This document shows, piece after piece, positions 46,467 to 57,426 of a stretch of 64,000 nucleotides of DNA. A program made the translations under genes and the position numbers. Where the stretch lies: NCBI GenBank assembly GCA_015066065.1, contig SVPB01000001.1, positions 2,216 to 66,215 on the forward strand, read 5' to 3'. Every line of letters begins with the position of its first letter. Position 1 is the stretch's first letter. Origin of the DNA: Oscillospiraceae bacterium. GTDB taxonomy: Bacteria > Bacillota > Clostridia > Oscillospirales > Acutalibacteraceae. Below the pieces are notes generated by a model. That model was not told the origin of the DNA, made no database searches, and saw only the letters and a list, made by a program, of their open reading frames with translations.

Positions 46467-48860
46467 ATGGCAACGAAGAAAGGCACCGGAAAAGGCGCCG
46501 GAAAATGCACGCGTCGCCCCACCGCCAAGCAGATGGAGGCACGCCGTCACGCCAGCCGCCAGGTCAAGGCGATTCTGCTGCTGGCCATTTCCGTGTTTCT
46601 GTTTTGCGTAGCAGTGATTAAGGGCCAAAATGTTTGGACGTGGCTGCATGATACTTTGCTGGGCATTTTCAGCTTCAGCGCTTATATTTTCCCCCTCTTT
46701 CTGGGGACGTTTGCTATTCTGCTGGCACTTGACAAGGACAAGTCCCGGTTGTCTCTGCGTGTGTGGGAGTGCTCGATCTTTATCGTGATGCTCAACAGCA
46801 CGGCCTTTGCTTTCACCGGAAGTGATTCCCTTGGCTACTTTGATACCATTTCTCTTTGCTTCACAGCCGGTCAGTCCTGCGACGGCGGCGGCGCACTGGG
46901 CACCTTGCTGGGCTATCCTGTCCTGAGTATGTTTGGCGCCACGGGAGCTAAAGTGTTTCTCATCATTCTGATGGTAGTGTTCTTGATGCTGGCGACGGGT
47001 ACCACTATTCTCTCCGTCCTGCGCGTCATGCGTCGACCGGCGGAAAAAACTAAAGAGGTCATCGAGCACGCCATTACGCAGACAGCGGAGCGACAAGAAG
47101 CAAGACGCAAGAAGATTGACATTGACATGGGAGACGGGTACGCTCGTAACCGTCGTAAGGGGAAAGAAGAACAGGATACCGAAGAAGGACCTGCGGATGA
47201 ACCGGCACCGGAGGAGACAGCGGAGCCGGTCAACGAGAAGCTGGAGGCGTTGGAGCGCTCGGCTGGTGAATTAAGCAAGAGCGAAGAGACTGTTTCCGCT
47301 GAGGATGTCAAGGCGGCCGAGGAGGAGTTTGCCGAGGAAATGGCGGCGGAAAGCGACCGTCAGGAGGAAGCGAAGGCCATCTACCGTCTGCCCCCCTTGA
47401 CCTTGCTGGAAGAGCCGAAGCCCGGCCAGACCTCTTTTGGCTCTGAGGCGGAGCGTCGTGCGAATGGCGAATTGTTGGTTAATACGCTCAAGGACTTTGG
47501 GATCAGCACCCGTCTTGTCGATATTACCAGCGGTCCTGCAGTGACTCGCTATGAGCTGGAACCTAGTGCCGGTGTCAAGATCAGCCGCATCACCGGCTTG
47601 GCAGACGATATTGCTCTGCGCCTGGCTACGACCGGCGTTCGTATTGAAGCCCCCATCCCCAATAAGGCGGCTGTGGGTATCGAAGTGCCTAATAAAGCAC
47701 GACGCACCGTCTGCCTGCGTGGGCTGCTGGATTCGGCACAGTTCCGTGGGTCCAAGGGAAAGCTGACGGTGGCGCTGGGTCAGGATATTGAGGGCAACAC
47801 CGTCCTGACCGATCTGGCTAAGATGCCGCACCTGCTCATCGCCGGTACGACTGGTTCCGGTAAATCCGTCTGCACCAATTCGATGATCCAGTCGGTGCTG
47901 TTCCGTGCCACGCCGGATGAGGTTAAGATGATCCTCATTGATCCCAAGAAGGTGGAGTTTGGCGTTTATAACGGTGTGCCGCACCTGCTGGTTCCGGTGG
48001 TCACCGATCCGCATAAGGCGGCCGGTGCACTGAGCTGGGCGGTCAATGAGATGCTCAAGCGCTACCAGATGTTTGCCGAAGCCAACGTACGTGATATCGG
48101 CGGCTACAACGAGCTGGCACAAAAGGACGATAGCCGTCAACCGTTGCCGTTGGTACTGATCGTCATTGATGAGTTGGCTGACCTGATGATGGCAGCTGCC
48201 AATGCGGTGGAAGATTCCATCTGCCGTCTGGCGCAGATGGCCCGTGCTGCCGGTATGCATATGGTCATCGCTACCCAGCGCCCCTCCGTTGACGTTATTA
48301 CCGGCCTTATTAAAGCGAACATACCCAGCCGACTGGCATTGACTGTCGCCAGCGCTGTGGATAGCCGTACTATTCTGGATGCCGGCGGCGCAGAGCGTTT
48401 GCTGGGATATGGTGATATGCTGTTTATGCCGGTTGGTCAGTCCAAGCCCCGCCGTCTGCAAGGCTGTTTTGTGACCAACCAAGAGATTGAGCGTGTCATT
48501 GATTTCCTCAAGAACGCAGACCAGCCCACAGAATATGATCAGGATGTAATCGACGAGATCGAGAAGCAGGCGGCTGCTGCTGGGCGTAACAGCCGGGATA
48601 ATGACGATAATGGTGATTCCGATGAAGCCGATGAGGCGCTGCCCCAGGCCATTGAGATCGCTGTGGAAGCCGGTCAAATATCCACCTCCATGCTGCAGCG
48701 TAAGATGCGCTTTGGCTATGCCCGTGCCGGCCGTATTATTGACCAGATGGAACAGCGCGGCATCGTTGGCCCCAGTGAGGGCAGTAAACCGCGCAAGGTG
48801 CTGATCACCAGACAGCAGTGGATCGAGCGCAATATGAACAGCGCCGACGAAGAGCAATAA
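46467..48860 (+). CDS. ftsK: DNA translocase FtsK/SpoIIIE
   Basis: N-terminal TM helices, acidic linker, motor domain (GTTGSGKS, VIDELADL) and gamma winged helix. Confidence 0.96.
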   Translation: MATKKGTGKGAGKCTRRPTAKQMEARRHASRQVKAILLLAISVFLFCVAVIKGQNVWTWLHDTLLGIFSFSAYIFPLFLGTFAILLALDKDKSRLSLRVWECSIFIVMLNSTAFAFTGSDSLGYFDTISLCFTAGQSCDGGGALGTLLGYPVLSMFGATGAKVFLIILMVVFLMLATGTTILSVLRVMRRPAEKTKEVIEHAITQTAERQEARRKKIDIDMGDGYARNRRKGKEEQDTEEGPADEPAPEETAEPVNEKLEALERSAGELSKSEETVSAEDVKAAEEEFAEEMAAESDRQEEAKAIYRLPPLTLLEEPKPGQTSFGSEAERRANGELLVNTLKDFGISTRLVDITSGPAVTRYELEPSAGVKISRITGLADDIALRLATTGVRIEAPIPNKAAVGIEVPNKARRTVCLRGLLDSAQFRGSKGKLTVALGQDIEGNTVLTDLAKMPHLLIAGTTGSGKSVCTNSMIQSVLFRATPDEVKMILIDPKKVEFGVYNGVPHLLVPVVTDPHKAAGALSWAVNEMLKRYQMFAEANVRDIGGYNELAQKDDSRQPLPLVLIVIDELADLMMAAANAVEDSICRLAQMARAAGMHMVIATQRPSVDVITGLIKANIPSRLALTVASAVDSRTILDAGGAERLLGYGDMLFMPVGQSKPRRLQGCFVTNQEIERVIDFLKNADQPTEYDQDVIDEIEKQAAAAGRNSRDNDDNGDSDEADEALPQAIEIAVEAGQISTSMLQRKMRFGYARAGRIIDQMEQRGIVGPSEGSKPRKVLITRQQWIERNMNSADEEQ

Positions 48861-48871
48861 GGAGTTTTATA

Positions 48872-49804
48872 ATGGCAAAGAGGAGAAGCCCGTTATCCGG
48901 TCTCTTGTGGGTCGTGGCGGTTGTGGCAGCACTGTTAGTGATTGCCGAAGTACTTACCCTGACCGGTGTGTTCAGCTGGAGAAGTTTATTTAGCAGCGCA
49001 GAGATCACCAGTTCTGCCGCCCCACTGGAGGGCACTCTTGAGGTGCACTATATCGACGTAGGAAATGCGGATTGCATCCTTCTCATCCAAGGCGAGAAGA
49101 CCATGCTCATCGATGCAGGTGAACGTGGTGATGCGGATGAGATACTGGACTATCTGCGTCAAGAAGGTGTGCAGCGACTGGATTTGGTCATTGCCACACA
49201 CGCCCATGCCGATCATATTGGCAGTATGGATCGGATCATCAAGGAGATGCCTGTTGGCCAATTTCTGATGGCCTTTATGCCGGAAGGGGAGGAGCCGACC
49301 TCGGCGGTTTACACCCGCATGCTGGAGGCGTTGGCTGACAAAAAGATCGAGGTTACCGAGGTGCTACCGGGTGACGTGTACTCCTTTGGCGCCGCCAAGG
49401 TGCATATACTTGGCCCGGTGAATGAGAGTAACGACTGTAACGCTATGTCGGTGGTGGCACGGGTCGATTACGGCAAGCATCGGTTTCTGTTCACCGGTGA
49501 TGCGGAGGAAGCGGCTGAGATGGATATACTCCAGACCGGAGCTGATCTGAAAGCAGACGTGCTCAAGGTGGGGCATCATGGTAGCCGCACGGGGACTTGT
49601 GCGCCATTTCTGGAGGCGGTAAAGCCGGAGTATGCTGTTATTACGTGCGGAGAGGGTAACTCCTACGGTCATCCGCATAAGCCGATCCTAAGTGCTTTGG
49701 AGAAGGCAAAGGTGAAGTTACTGCGAAGCGACCTTAACGGTAATATCACCTTCGTGAGCGACGGTGTCGCATTGCTCTATAGCTGCGAAAGGAGCGTCGA
49801 CTGA
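48872..49804 (+). CDS. MBL-fold metallo-hydrolase (ComEC C-terminal-domain-like), membrane anchored
   Basis: TM anchor, HAHADH motif and GHHGS motif. Confidence 0.85.
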   Translation: MAKRRSPLSGLLWVVAVVAALLVIAEVLTLTGVFSWRSLFSSAEITSSAAPLEGTLEVHYIDVGNADCILLIQGEKTMLIDAGERGDADEILDYLRQEGVQRLDLVIATHAHADHIGSMDRIIKEMPVGQFLMAFMPEGEEPTSAVYTRMLEALADKKIEVTEVLPGDVYSFGAAKVHILGPVNESNDCNAMSVVARVDYGKHRFLFTGDAEEAAEMDILQTGADLKADVLKVGHHGSRTGTCAPFLEAVKPEYAVITCGEGNSYGHPHKPILSALEKAKVKLLRSDLNGNITFVSDGVALLYSCERSVD

Positions 49805-50028
49805 TGCTGTACAGTGTTGATCGATTTGAGGAAGAGATAGCGGTGCTGGTGGATGAATCGGGTACCAGTCATGAGGTGCCCCGTACGGCCTTGCCGGTCT
49901 CCTGCCGACCGGGAGTTATGGTGCGTGAACAGAATGGCTGCTTCACCATTGATGAATCGGCCACGGAAGAACGACGTGCTTACGTGGCCCACTTGCAAAA
50001 CACGGTCTGTAAGCGCCGCAGGCGATGA
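49804..50028 (+). CDS. DUF3006-like small protein
   Basis: MLYSVDRFEEEIAVLVDESG. ATGA overlap with the MBL gene, its usual partner. Confidence 0.7.
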   Translation: MLYSVDRFEEEIAVLVDESGTSHEVPRTALPVSCRPGVMVREQNGCFTIDESATEERRAYVAHLQNTVCKRRRR

Positions 50029-50033
50029 TGATG

Positions 50034-50070
50034 AGAAGTGCCGATACATCCTATCGGCGCTTCTTTTATT
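50034..50070 (+). terminator. Intrinsic terminator
   Basis: AGAAGTGCCGATA / TATCGGCGCTTCT stem (one G-T pair) plus TTTTATT. Confidence 0.7.
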
Positions 50071-50096
50071 ATATTTAATTATTAACACGCAAAACC

Positions 50097-50125
50097 TTGA
50101 CACTTGCGCATTTGGATGGTAAAAT
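50097..50125 (+). promoter_or_regulatory. Sigma-A promoter of the yicC-remA-gmk-rpoZ operon
   Basis: TTGACA, 17-nt spacer, TGgTAAAAT (extended -10). Confidence 0.65.
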
Positions 50126-50179
50126 GTAGGGTAACAAAATAGGTTTATTATGTGCCTTAATAGGGAAGGAGAATCAGCG

Positions 50180-51058
50180 ATGATCAGAAGCATGACCGGC
50201 TTTGGTCGCGGTCAGGATACCGTTAACGGTCTATCATTGGCTGTGGAGATCAAATCCGTGAATCACCGCTATTACGAATATTCCTCGCGGCTTCCGCGAG
50301 CGTATGGTTTCCTTGACGATAAGCTCAAGAATTACCTGCAGCAGCGCATTAGCCGCGGCAAGGTGGATGTGTACGTTCAGATCGAGTCGCTGGAAACGGC
50401 AGGCAGTGAAGTGGTGCTCAATGCGGCGCTGGCCGAAAGCTACCTGACGGCGCTCAAGGAGCTGTCTGACCGCTATGGCGTGCGTGACGATATCTCGGTG
50501 ACCAATCTTTCTCGTTATCCCGATGTGCTGACGGTGCGCCAGACTGCTCTGGACGAGGATGCCGTGTGGGAATCGGTACGCACGGTAACCGATATGGCGC
50601 TGACTCGCTTTGTGGCTATGCGTGAGCAGGAGGGAGCGCGCCTTCGTGATGACGTGCTGTCTCGCGCCGCGACCATCCTGCAGGCGGTCAAAGCGGTGGA
50701 AGAGCGCTCCCCCCAGACGGTCAAGGAGCATATGGATAAGGTGGTCGCCCGCATGAGAGAGTTGCTGGATGGCGCAGCTGTGGATGAGGGACGATTATTG
50801 ACCGAGGCAGCTATTTATGCCGATAAGGTGGCTGTGGCGGAAGAGACCGTTCGCCTGCGCAGCCACATCGACCAGCTTCATCAGCTGTTGGAAAGCGATG
50901 AACCGGTGGGTAAGAAACTGGATTTCTTGGTGCAGGAGATGAATCGAGAGACCAACACCATCGGCTCCAAGTGCAACGATCTGCAGCTGACACGCATCGT
51001 AGTGGATATCAAAGCGGAGATCGAAAAGATCCGTGAACAGATCCAGAACATCGAGTAA
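50180..51058 (+). CDS. yicC: YicC-family stress-induced protein (endoribonuclease-like)
   Basis: [12 protein letters not shown]-terminus and C-terminal [12 protein letters not shown] motif. Confidence 0.92.
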   Translation: MIRSMTGFGRGQDTVNGLSLAVEIKSVNHRYYEYSSRLPRAYGFLDDKLKNYLQQRISRGKVDVYVQIESLETAGSEVVLNAALAESYLTALKELSDRYGVRDDISVTNLSRYPDVLTVRQTALDEDAVWESVRTVTDMALTRFVAMREQEGARLRDDVLSRAATILQAVKAVEERSPQTVKEHMDKVVARMRELLDGAAVDEGRLLTEAAIYADKVAVAEETVRLRSHIDQLHQLLESDEPVGKKLDFLVQEMNRETNTIGSKCNDLQLTRIVVDIKAEIEKIREQIQNIE

Positions 51059-51074
51059 GGATGAGGTGCATAAG

Positions 51075-51335
51075 ATGAAGCTGATCAACATAGGTTTTGG
51101 CAATATGGTGGCCGCTGGCCGCCTGATAGCCATTGTCAGCCCCGAGTCTGCCCCGATCAAGCGTATTATTCAGGACGCTAAGGAACGCGGCACCCTGATT
51201 GATGCTACTTATGGCCGCCGTACCCGTGCGGTACTGATTGCGGATAGCGATCATGTCATCCTTTCGGCAGTACAGCCGGAGACAGTAGCCAATCGTATGA
51301 GCGAAGACACGCAGGAGGAACCGGATGAAGAATAA
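51075..51335 (+). CDS. remA: Biofilm/extracellular-matrix regulator RemA (DUF370)
   Basis: [12 protein letters not shown]...[34 protein letters not shown] is near-colinear with Bacillus RemA. Confidence 0.93.
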   Translation: MKLINIGFGNMVAAGRLIAIVSPESAPIKRIIQDAKERGTLIDATYGRRTRAVLIADSDHVILSAVQPETVANRMSEDTQEEPDEE

Positions 51336-51945
51336 AGGTCAGTTAATTGTTTTGTCCGGCCCTTCCGGATGTGGCAAGGGGACGATCATTCACTCCTTGC
51401 TGGAGCAACGCCAGGATACCGTCCTGTCCGTTTCCATGACCACCCGTCAGCCTCGCAAGGGAGAGGTGGACGGTGTTCACTACTTTTTCGTTGATCGTGC
51501 AACCTTTGAAAAGACGATAGCGGAAGACGGGTTCCTGGAATATGCGGAGTATAACGGTAACTATTACGGTACACCGCTGGCTCCCATTAACCGTTGGCTG
51601 GAGGAAGGCAAGAATGTGATCCTGGAGATTGAAGTGCAAGGAGCAGAAAAGGTCATGGCTCGTTGCCCGGAGCATATGTCGATCTTCCTGCTGGTGCCCT
51701 CTTTAGTTGAACTGGAGCGACGTCTGCGTAACCGTGGTACCGAAACGGAAGAAGTTGTTCTCAACCGTTTGCGACTTGCTCGAGAGGAGCTGCAGCGCTC
51801 CTCACACTATCAGTATGTTGTCCTCAACGATGTTGTAGAAGAGGCTGTCGCCCGGATCAACACCCTCATTGAGGCAGAAAATATGCGTTATTCCCGTATG
51901 GAAACAACAGTAATGGAGGTAATGAAATATGTTAGCACCCAATGA
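51325..51945 (+). CDS. gmk: Guanylate kinase
   Basis: [10 protein letters not shown]-loop. [17 protein letters not shown]. Confidence 0.96.
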   Translation: MKNKGQLIVLSGPSGCGKGTIIHSLLEQRQDTVLSVSMTTRQPRKGEVDGVHYFFVDRATFEKTIAEDGFLEYAEYNGNYYGTPLAPINRWLEEGKNVILEIEVQGAEKVMARCPEHMSIFLLVPSLVELERRLRNRGTETEEVVLNRLRLAREELQRSSHYQYVVLNDVVEEAVARINTLIEAENMRYSRMETTVMEVMKYVSTQ

Positions 51946-52126
51946 TATTGAAGAGTTGAAGGGCGAAAACAGCCGCTACGCCGTGGTGATCGGTGTTGCC
52001 AAGCGTGCTCGTCGTATTGCCGAGGAGGCAGAGGAGAACAAGGAGATCCTGATTGAAAAGCCGGTAAGCCTGGCTATCAACGATTTCCGCAACGGTGATT
52101 GCACCATTGTCGCTGAGAACGATTAA
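51929..52126 (+). CDS. rpoZ: RNA polymerase omega subunit
   Basis: 65 aa, SRYAVVIGVAKRARRI. Follows gmk. Confidence 0.9.
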   Translation: MLAPNDIEELKGENSRYAVVIGVAKRARRIAEEAEENKEILIEKPVSLAINDFRNGDCTIVAEND

Positions 52127-52159
52127 TCGGTCATAAATTTCAGGTAGGGGGGTGAGTCT

Positions 52160-54613
52160 GTGTCCACAACGATACTGGTTAAGGTTGCTGTTGACCAGGC
52201 CACCGTATCCTATGACAAGGAATACACCTACCTTTGGCCAGCCGATCTGGGCACTCCCCAGAAAGGGGTCCGGGTGTTGGTTCCCTTCGGCAACGGTAAC
52301 CGCCGCCGTCAGGGACTGGTGCTGGAGATCCTGCAGGGGATGGTTGGTGCCGGTTATAAGCCGGTGTATGCCCTTATTGATGATACCCCTATTCTTGATG
52401 ATGAGATGTTGGCGCTGGCTCGCTTTGTTCAGGAACGTACGCTTTGTCCCTTCTTTGATGCGGTACGTGCGATGTTACCTACGGGCCTGTATATGCAGGT
52501 CAAGCCGGTGCTGCGCCACGCTGCCGAAGTATCGCCGGAGGTGCTGGAGACGTTGTCTCCCAATCAACGGCAGATTCTGGCGTATGTGTCTAAATGCCCC
52601 GGAGGTGTGGAGCTGTCCACCCTCTGTAAGCGCCTTGGCTTGCAGGAGGACGCCCCTTGTCTCCATTATCTTATTGAACAAAAGGTGTTACTGCGCTCTG
52701 AGGATGCTGTGCGTCGCATGGGTGACGCTTCTGTCCAGATGGTACGTCGCATGGACGCCCCTTCGGAGGAAGCGGCATCCAAGCTGACCGACAAGCAGCA
52801 GGCGGTGCTCAATCTTCTGGACGATGTAGGGGCGGCCTCCGTCAAGGAGGTGTGCTACTTTGCTGGTGTTACACCGGTGGTGGTGCATGCCTTAGCCCGA
52901 AAAGGTCTGGCCGAGATATACGAGGCCGAGCGCTTGCGCTCTCCCTATGCGTGTCAGGCGGAGGATAAGCCTATTGTATCTCACTGTCTTAGTCCGGAAC
53001 AACAGCGAGCCTTTGCCACGCTGCAAGATTTGTATATGGCTGGCAAGGCGGCCGCTGCACTTCTGTACGGTGTCACCGGCAGCGGTAAAACAGCCGTGTA
53101 TCTTAATCTGATCGATCGAGTGTTGGCGGATGGCCGGCAGGTCATTGTGCTGGTGCCGGAGATTTCATTAACCCCTCAGATGATGTCGATCTTCATCGGC
53201 AAGTACGGTCATCGGGTGGCGGTGCTTCACAGCGGTCTTGCTTTGGGCGAGAGAATGGATGAGTGGAAAAGGATCAAAAGGGGAGAAGCCCGCATTGTGG
53301 TGGGTACCCGTTCTGCCATCTTTGCCCCCTGCACTGAGCTGGGATTAATCGTGATGGACGAGGAGCAGGAGCATACCTACAAGTCCGAATCCTCTCCCCG
53401 TTACCACGCCCGAGATATCGCTCGTTTTCGGTGTGCTCATCATGGCGCTTTGCTTGTTTTGGCATCGGCTACACCTTCTGTTGAGAGCTACTATGCCGCT
53501 ACCACCGGCCGCTATACGTTGGTAGAACTGACCGAACGTTACGGTGATGCGCTTTTGCCGGAGGTGGAAGTGGCCGATATGCGTGAAGATCCTGCACCGT
53601 ATCGGATCATCGGCAGTCGCCTGCAACAGGAGATGCAAGCGTGTCTGGATGAGGGGCGGCAGGTTATCCTACTGCTCAACCGTCGTGGCTACCATACGCA
53701 CATTTCCTGCCGTTCCTGCGGTCAGGTGGTGACCTGCCCGTCCTGTAGCATTTCCATGACCTATCACCGTGCGAATGCACGGATGATGTGTCATTACTGC
53801 GGTCATTCACAGCTGCCGCCCCAGACATGTCCACAATGTGGCTCGGATAAGATCCGTTATGCCGGCCTGGGGACCCAGCTGGTGGAGCAGGAGCTGGAAA
53901 CATTATTCCCTGACATACCAGTGTTGCGTATGGACGCCGACAGTACCCTTTCCCGTCATTCCTATGAGCGTCATTTCGGTGCGTTTGCCGCCGGAGACTA
54001 CCGCATTATGGTTGGCACCCAGATGGTAGCAAAGGGACTTGACTTTCCTCAGGTTGGTCTGGTAGGCGTACTCAGCGTCGATCAGTCCTTATATGGTGAC
54101 GATTATCGCAGTTATGAGACCACCTTTTCCTTGCTGACCCAGGTTATTGGCCGTGCAGGCCGCCGTCAGCAGCGAGGCAAAGCGATTATACAGACCTTTA
54201 CTCCAGACAACCCCATTATCGAGCTGGCATCGATGCAGGATTACGTTGGCTTTTATGGACTGGAGATCGCCTCCCGTCGGATGATGCATTATCCACCGTA
54301 TGCTGACCTGTTTTTGTTTGGCTTTGTGGGACAGCAGGAAGAGCAGGTACGACGAGCAGGCAACTGGATGCTGAAGCATTTACGCACCTTGGCCACCGGC
54401 GAATACGATGACCTACCGCTGATTGCTCTGGATCCCACGCCGGCATCGGTACTGCGGGTTGCCGGTAAGTATCGTTACAAGATGCTTGTCAAAGCAAGAA
54501 ACACACAGCGGATGCGTGAGATGATTCGACTCATGGTACAGGAGTTTCACAAGGACCCCTCTAATCGTGGTGTCAGCGTATACACAGATATTAATCCTGC
54601 CGCTATGCTATAA
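52160..54613 (+). CDS. priA: Primosomal protein N' (PriA helicase)
   Basis: GVTGSGKT Walker A, MDEEQE (DExx) motif, Cys-rich zinc-binding insert (CRSCG..CPSC..CHYCG..CPQCG). Confidence 0.96.
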   Translation: MSTTILVKVAVDQATVSYDKEYTYLWPADLGTPQKGVRVLVPFGNGNRRRQGLVLEILQGMVGAGYKPVYALIDDTPILDDEMLALARFVQERTLCPFFDAVRAMLPTGLYMQVKPVLRHAAEVSPEVLETLSPNQRQILAYVSKCPGGVELSTLCKRLGLQEDAPCLHYLIEQKVLLRSEDAVRRMGDASVQMVRRMDAPSEEAASKLTDKQQAVLNLLDDVGAASVKEVCYFAGVTPVVVHALARKGLAEIYEAERLRSPYACQAEDKPIVSHCLSPEQQRAFATLQDLYMAGKAAAALLYGVTGSGKTAVYLNLIDRVLADGRQVIVLVPEISLTPQMMSIFIGKYGHRVAVLHSGLALGERMDEWKRIKRGEARIVVGTRSAIFAPCTELGLIVMDEEQEHTYKSESSPRYHARDIARFRCAHHGALLVLASATPSVESYYAATTGRYTLVELTERYGDALLPEVEVADMREDPAPYRIIGSRLQQEMQACLDEGRQVILLLNRRGYHTHISCRSCGQVVTCPSCSISMTYHRANARMMCHYCGHSQLPPQTCPQCGSDKIRYAGLGTQLVEQELETLFPDIPVLRMDADSTLSRHSYERHFGAFAAGDYRIMVGTQMVAKGLDFPQVGLVGVLSVDQSLYGDDYRSYETTFSLLTQVIGRAGRRQQRGKAIIQTFTPDNPIIELASMQDYVGFYGLEIASRRMMHYPPYADLFLFGFVGQQEEQVRRAGNWMLKHLRTLATGEYDDLPLIALDPTPASVLRVAGKYRYKMLVKARNTQRMREMIRLMVQEFHKDPSNRGVSVYTDINPAAML

Positions 54614-54640
54614 GCGGCGATTAAGTGAAAGGAGATCATA

Positions 54641-55108
54641 ATGGCAATCAGATCCATTATTACCGATACTGATCCGCTTCTGCACAAGGTTTGCCGTCCG
54701 GTGGAGAAGTTTGATGAACGGCTGTGGCAGTTGCTGGACGACATGAGCGATACTCTGGCAAAGGCCAACGGTGTTGGCTTAGCGGCGCCGCAGGTGGGCG
54801 TGCTTCGTCGGTTGTTTATCATGAACACCGGCGATGGCGTCAAGGAATATATTAACCCCACGATTCTGGAAGAATCCGGTACACAGGAATGTGTGGAGGG
54901 ATGCTTGTCCAGCCCCGGTGAATACGGGATTATCCATCGTCCCCAAAAGGTCAAGATCCAGGCGCAGAACCGAAACGGTAAATTCTTTATCCAGTCGCTG
55001 GAAGGCCTGGCGGCAGAATGTGTCTGCCATGAGACCGATCATCTGGACGGTGTGTTATTCAAGTCAAAAGTGGTAAGAATGTTGTCACCGGAAGAATTGG
55101 CTAATTAA
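54641..55108 (+). CDS. def: Peptide deformylase
   Basis: GVGLAAPQ, EGCLS and HETDH motifs. Confidence 0.97.
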   Translation: MAIRSIITDTDPLLHKVCRPVEKFDERLWQLLDDMSDTLAKANGVGLAAPQVGVLRRLFIMNTGDGVKEYINPTILEESGTQECVEGCLSSPGEYGIIHRPQKVKIQAQNRNGKFFIQSLEGLAAECVCHETDHLDGVLFKSKVVRMLSPEELAN

Positions 55109-55138
55109 CGTCTGTTGTTACGATAAGGAGGTGTGGGT

Positions 55139-56065
55139 ATGGATTTGATTTTTATGGGTACGCCGGATTTTGCCGTACCCAGCCTGGAACGATTGCTGTC
55201 AGATGGTCATAACGTACGCCTGGTGGTGACGCAACCGGATAAACCGGTAGGACGCAAGCGTGTGATGACCCCTCCTGCTGTAAAGGCGTGCGCCTTGTCA
55301 CACAATTTACCCGTGTATCAGCCGGAATCCATGCGCACGGACGAGACTATAGCACACTTGGAGCAGGTGGAGGCGGATGCCATCATCGTGGTGGCATACG
55401 GCAAGATCCTGCCGCGCCGGATCCTGGATATGACCTCGCTTGGATGTATCAATGTACACGGGTCGTTGTTACCGCGTTACCGTGGTGCGGCGCCGGTGCA
55501 GTGGGCGGTCATTAACGGCGATGCTGAAAGTGGTGTGACCACGATGCGTTTGGATGAAGGCGTGGACACCGGTGATGTACTGCTGATGTCTCGCCGTCCC
55601 ATTGATGACAACATGACCGGTGGGGAGCTTTTTTCCCTGCTGGCTGAAGATGGCGCACAGCTTCTGAGTGAAACGCTGCGTCGTTTGCAGGAGGGCAGTT
55701 TAACGGCCACGCCTCAGCCGACAGAGGGGGCTTGTTACGCCTGTATGCTGGATAAGTCCATGTGTCCCATTGACTGGAATAAGGAAGCGAAGGTTATTCA
55801 CAACCAGGTACGGGGTATGAACCCGTGGCCGGTGGCGACCTGCTCGGTTCCGGATAAAGGGACTATGAAGATATACAGCACCCACGTAGGGGAGGCGGTG
55901 AACGCTGTTCCCGGAACGGTGGTGTGCAGTCAGCCGTTGACCGTAGCCTGCGGCAACGGGACATCGCTGGTGATTGAGGAGCTGCAGGCAGAAGGGGCTC
56001 GCCGCATGATGGCATCAGACTATTTGTGCGGACACCCCATTCCGATAGGGACGGTGTTGGCATGA
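55139..56065 (+). CDS. fmt: Methionyl-tRNA formyltransferase
   Basis: FMGTPDFAVP and HGSLLPRYRGAAP motifs. ATG lies 8 nt after AAGGAGG. Confidence 0.96.
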   Translation: MDLIFMGTPDFAVPSLERLLSDGHNVRLVVTQPDKPVGRKRVMTPPAVKACALSHNLPVYQPESMRTDETIAHLEQVEADAIIVVAYGKILPRRILDMTSLGCINVHGSLLPRYRGAAPVQWAVINGDAESGVTTMRLDEGVDTGDVLLMSRRPIDDNMTGGELFSLLAEDGAQLLSETLRRLQEGSLTATPQPTEGACYACMLDKSMCPIDWNKEAKVIHNQVRGMNPWPVATCSVPDKGTMKIYSTHVGEAVNAVPGTVVCSQPLTVACGNGTSLVIEELQAEGARRMMASDYLCGHPIPIGTVLA

Positions 56066-57417
56066 CGGCCTCTTTCAACGCTCGTGACGGGGCTGTTACA
56101 GCGCTTTTATCTGTCCAGGAGCAGGGGGGATATTCCAACATTGTTCTGGAGGAGCTCCTCAAAGGCCAGACGGTAAATGCCGCCGACCGCGCCTATATGA
56201 CTCGCTTGGTGTACGGTGTTACCGAGCGACGCTTGACCATTGACTACTGTCTCAATAAGCTGTCCAGCATGCCGGTTATCAAGATGGACGCCACCATTCG
56301 GGAGATTCTGCGTATTGGTGTTTATCAGCTGCTCTTTATGGATAAAACCCCCGATTTTGCTTCGGTGCACGAGTCGGTAGAGCTGGCACGTAGGCGTGGG
56401 TACGCACGCTTAACGGGGTACGTAAATGCGGTGCTGCGGGCGGTACAGCGAGAAGGGGAATCCCTGCTGTCGGCTCTGCCCTCTAACGATAAGGGGCTGG
56501 AGCTGCGCACCTCTTGTCCTCGAGGGTGGATTCGCTACTGGCGTGAAGCGTATGGTGAAGTGATCACCAACGGTATTCTCTCCACCATTAACGAAGCGCC
56601 TCCGTCTTACATTCGTGTCAATACGTTTGTTACCACGAAGCAAGACCTTGTTGATGAATTGGAGAAGCATGGATGCACCTGCGTACCGGTGGACGGCCTT
56701 CCACACGCTTTGTGCGTGACCGGTCTGTCCCTGTCCTCTCTCTCCGATTTACCTCCCTCCGTACGGCGAGGCTTCTATTTTCAAGATGCTGCATCTCAAT
56801 GGTGCTGTGCCGCCTTGCAGGCACAGCCGGGTGAACGGATTGCCGATGTGTGCGCTTCTCCCGGTGGTAAGAGCTTTACGGTGGCGCAATACATGAACGG
56901 GCAAGGCTCCATTGAAGCTTCGGACATTTACCCTCATAAGTGTGATGTTATCGCCAACCGTTCCAAAGAGCTAGGCATCTCCTGCGTGCAAACTGCCTGC
57001 CGTGATGCCAGCCAGACACCGCCGGAGGAGAAGCGGGAACAGTTTGACCGGGTCATCTGTGACGTTCCTTGTTCCGGATTGGGCGTTATCCGCCGTAAGC
57101 CGGAGATTCGCTATAAGTCCACGGATGGATTTGATGAACTTCCTGCCCTTCAATATCGCATTCTTTCCCAAGCGGCGGCTTTGGTTCGTCCCGGCGGCGT
57201 ACTGCAGTATTCTACCTGCACCCTTCGCCCGGAAGAAAACGAAAAGGTCGTAGAAGCCTTTTTGCAGGAGCATCCCCAGTTTATACCGCGGATATTACCT
57301 ATTCCGCTTTGTTTTGAGCGTATGGGCGATGAGCCACAGCATATGATTACCTTGTTTCCCCATATACACCATTCCGACGGCTTCTTTATTGCCGGTTTTA
57401 CCCGACTCGATTCGTGA
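56062..57417 (+). CDS. rsmB: 16S rRNA (cytosine967-C5)-methyltransferase
   Basis: NusB-like N-domain, SAM motif DVCASPGGKS, catalytic PCSGLG and TCT. ATGA overlap with fmt. Confidence 0.92.
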   Translation: MTASFNARDGAVTALLSVQEQGGYSNIVLEELLKGQTVNAADRAYMTRLVYGVTERRLTIDYCLNKLSSMPVIKMDATIREILRIGVYQLLFMDKTPDFASVHESVELARRRGYARLTGYVNAVLRAVQREGESLLSALPSNDKGLELRTSCPRGWIRYWREAYGEVITNGILSTINEAPPSYIRVNTFVTTKQDLVDELEKHGCTCVPVDGLPHALCVTGLSLSSLSDLPPSVRRGFYFQDAASQWCCAALQAQPGERIADVCASPGGKSFTVAQYMNGQGSIEASDIYPHKCDVIANRSKELGISCVQTACRDASQTPPEEKREQFDRVICDVPCSGLGVIRRKPEIRYKSTDGFDELPALQYRILSQAAALVRPGGVLQYSTCTLRPEENEKVVEAFLQEHPQFIPRILPIPLCFERMGDEPQHMITLFPHIHHSDGFFIAGFTRLDS

Positions 57418-57426
57418 GGTGACTGT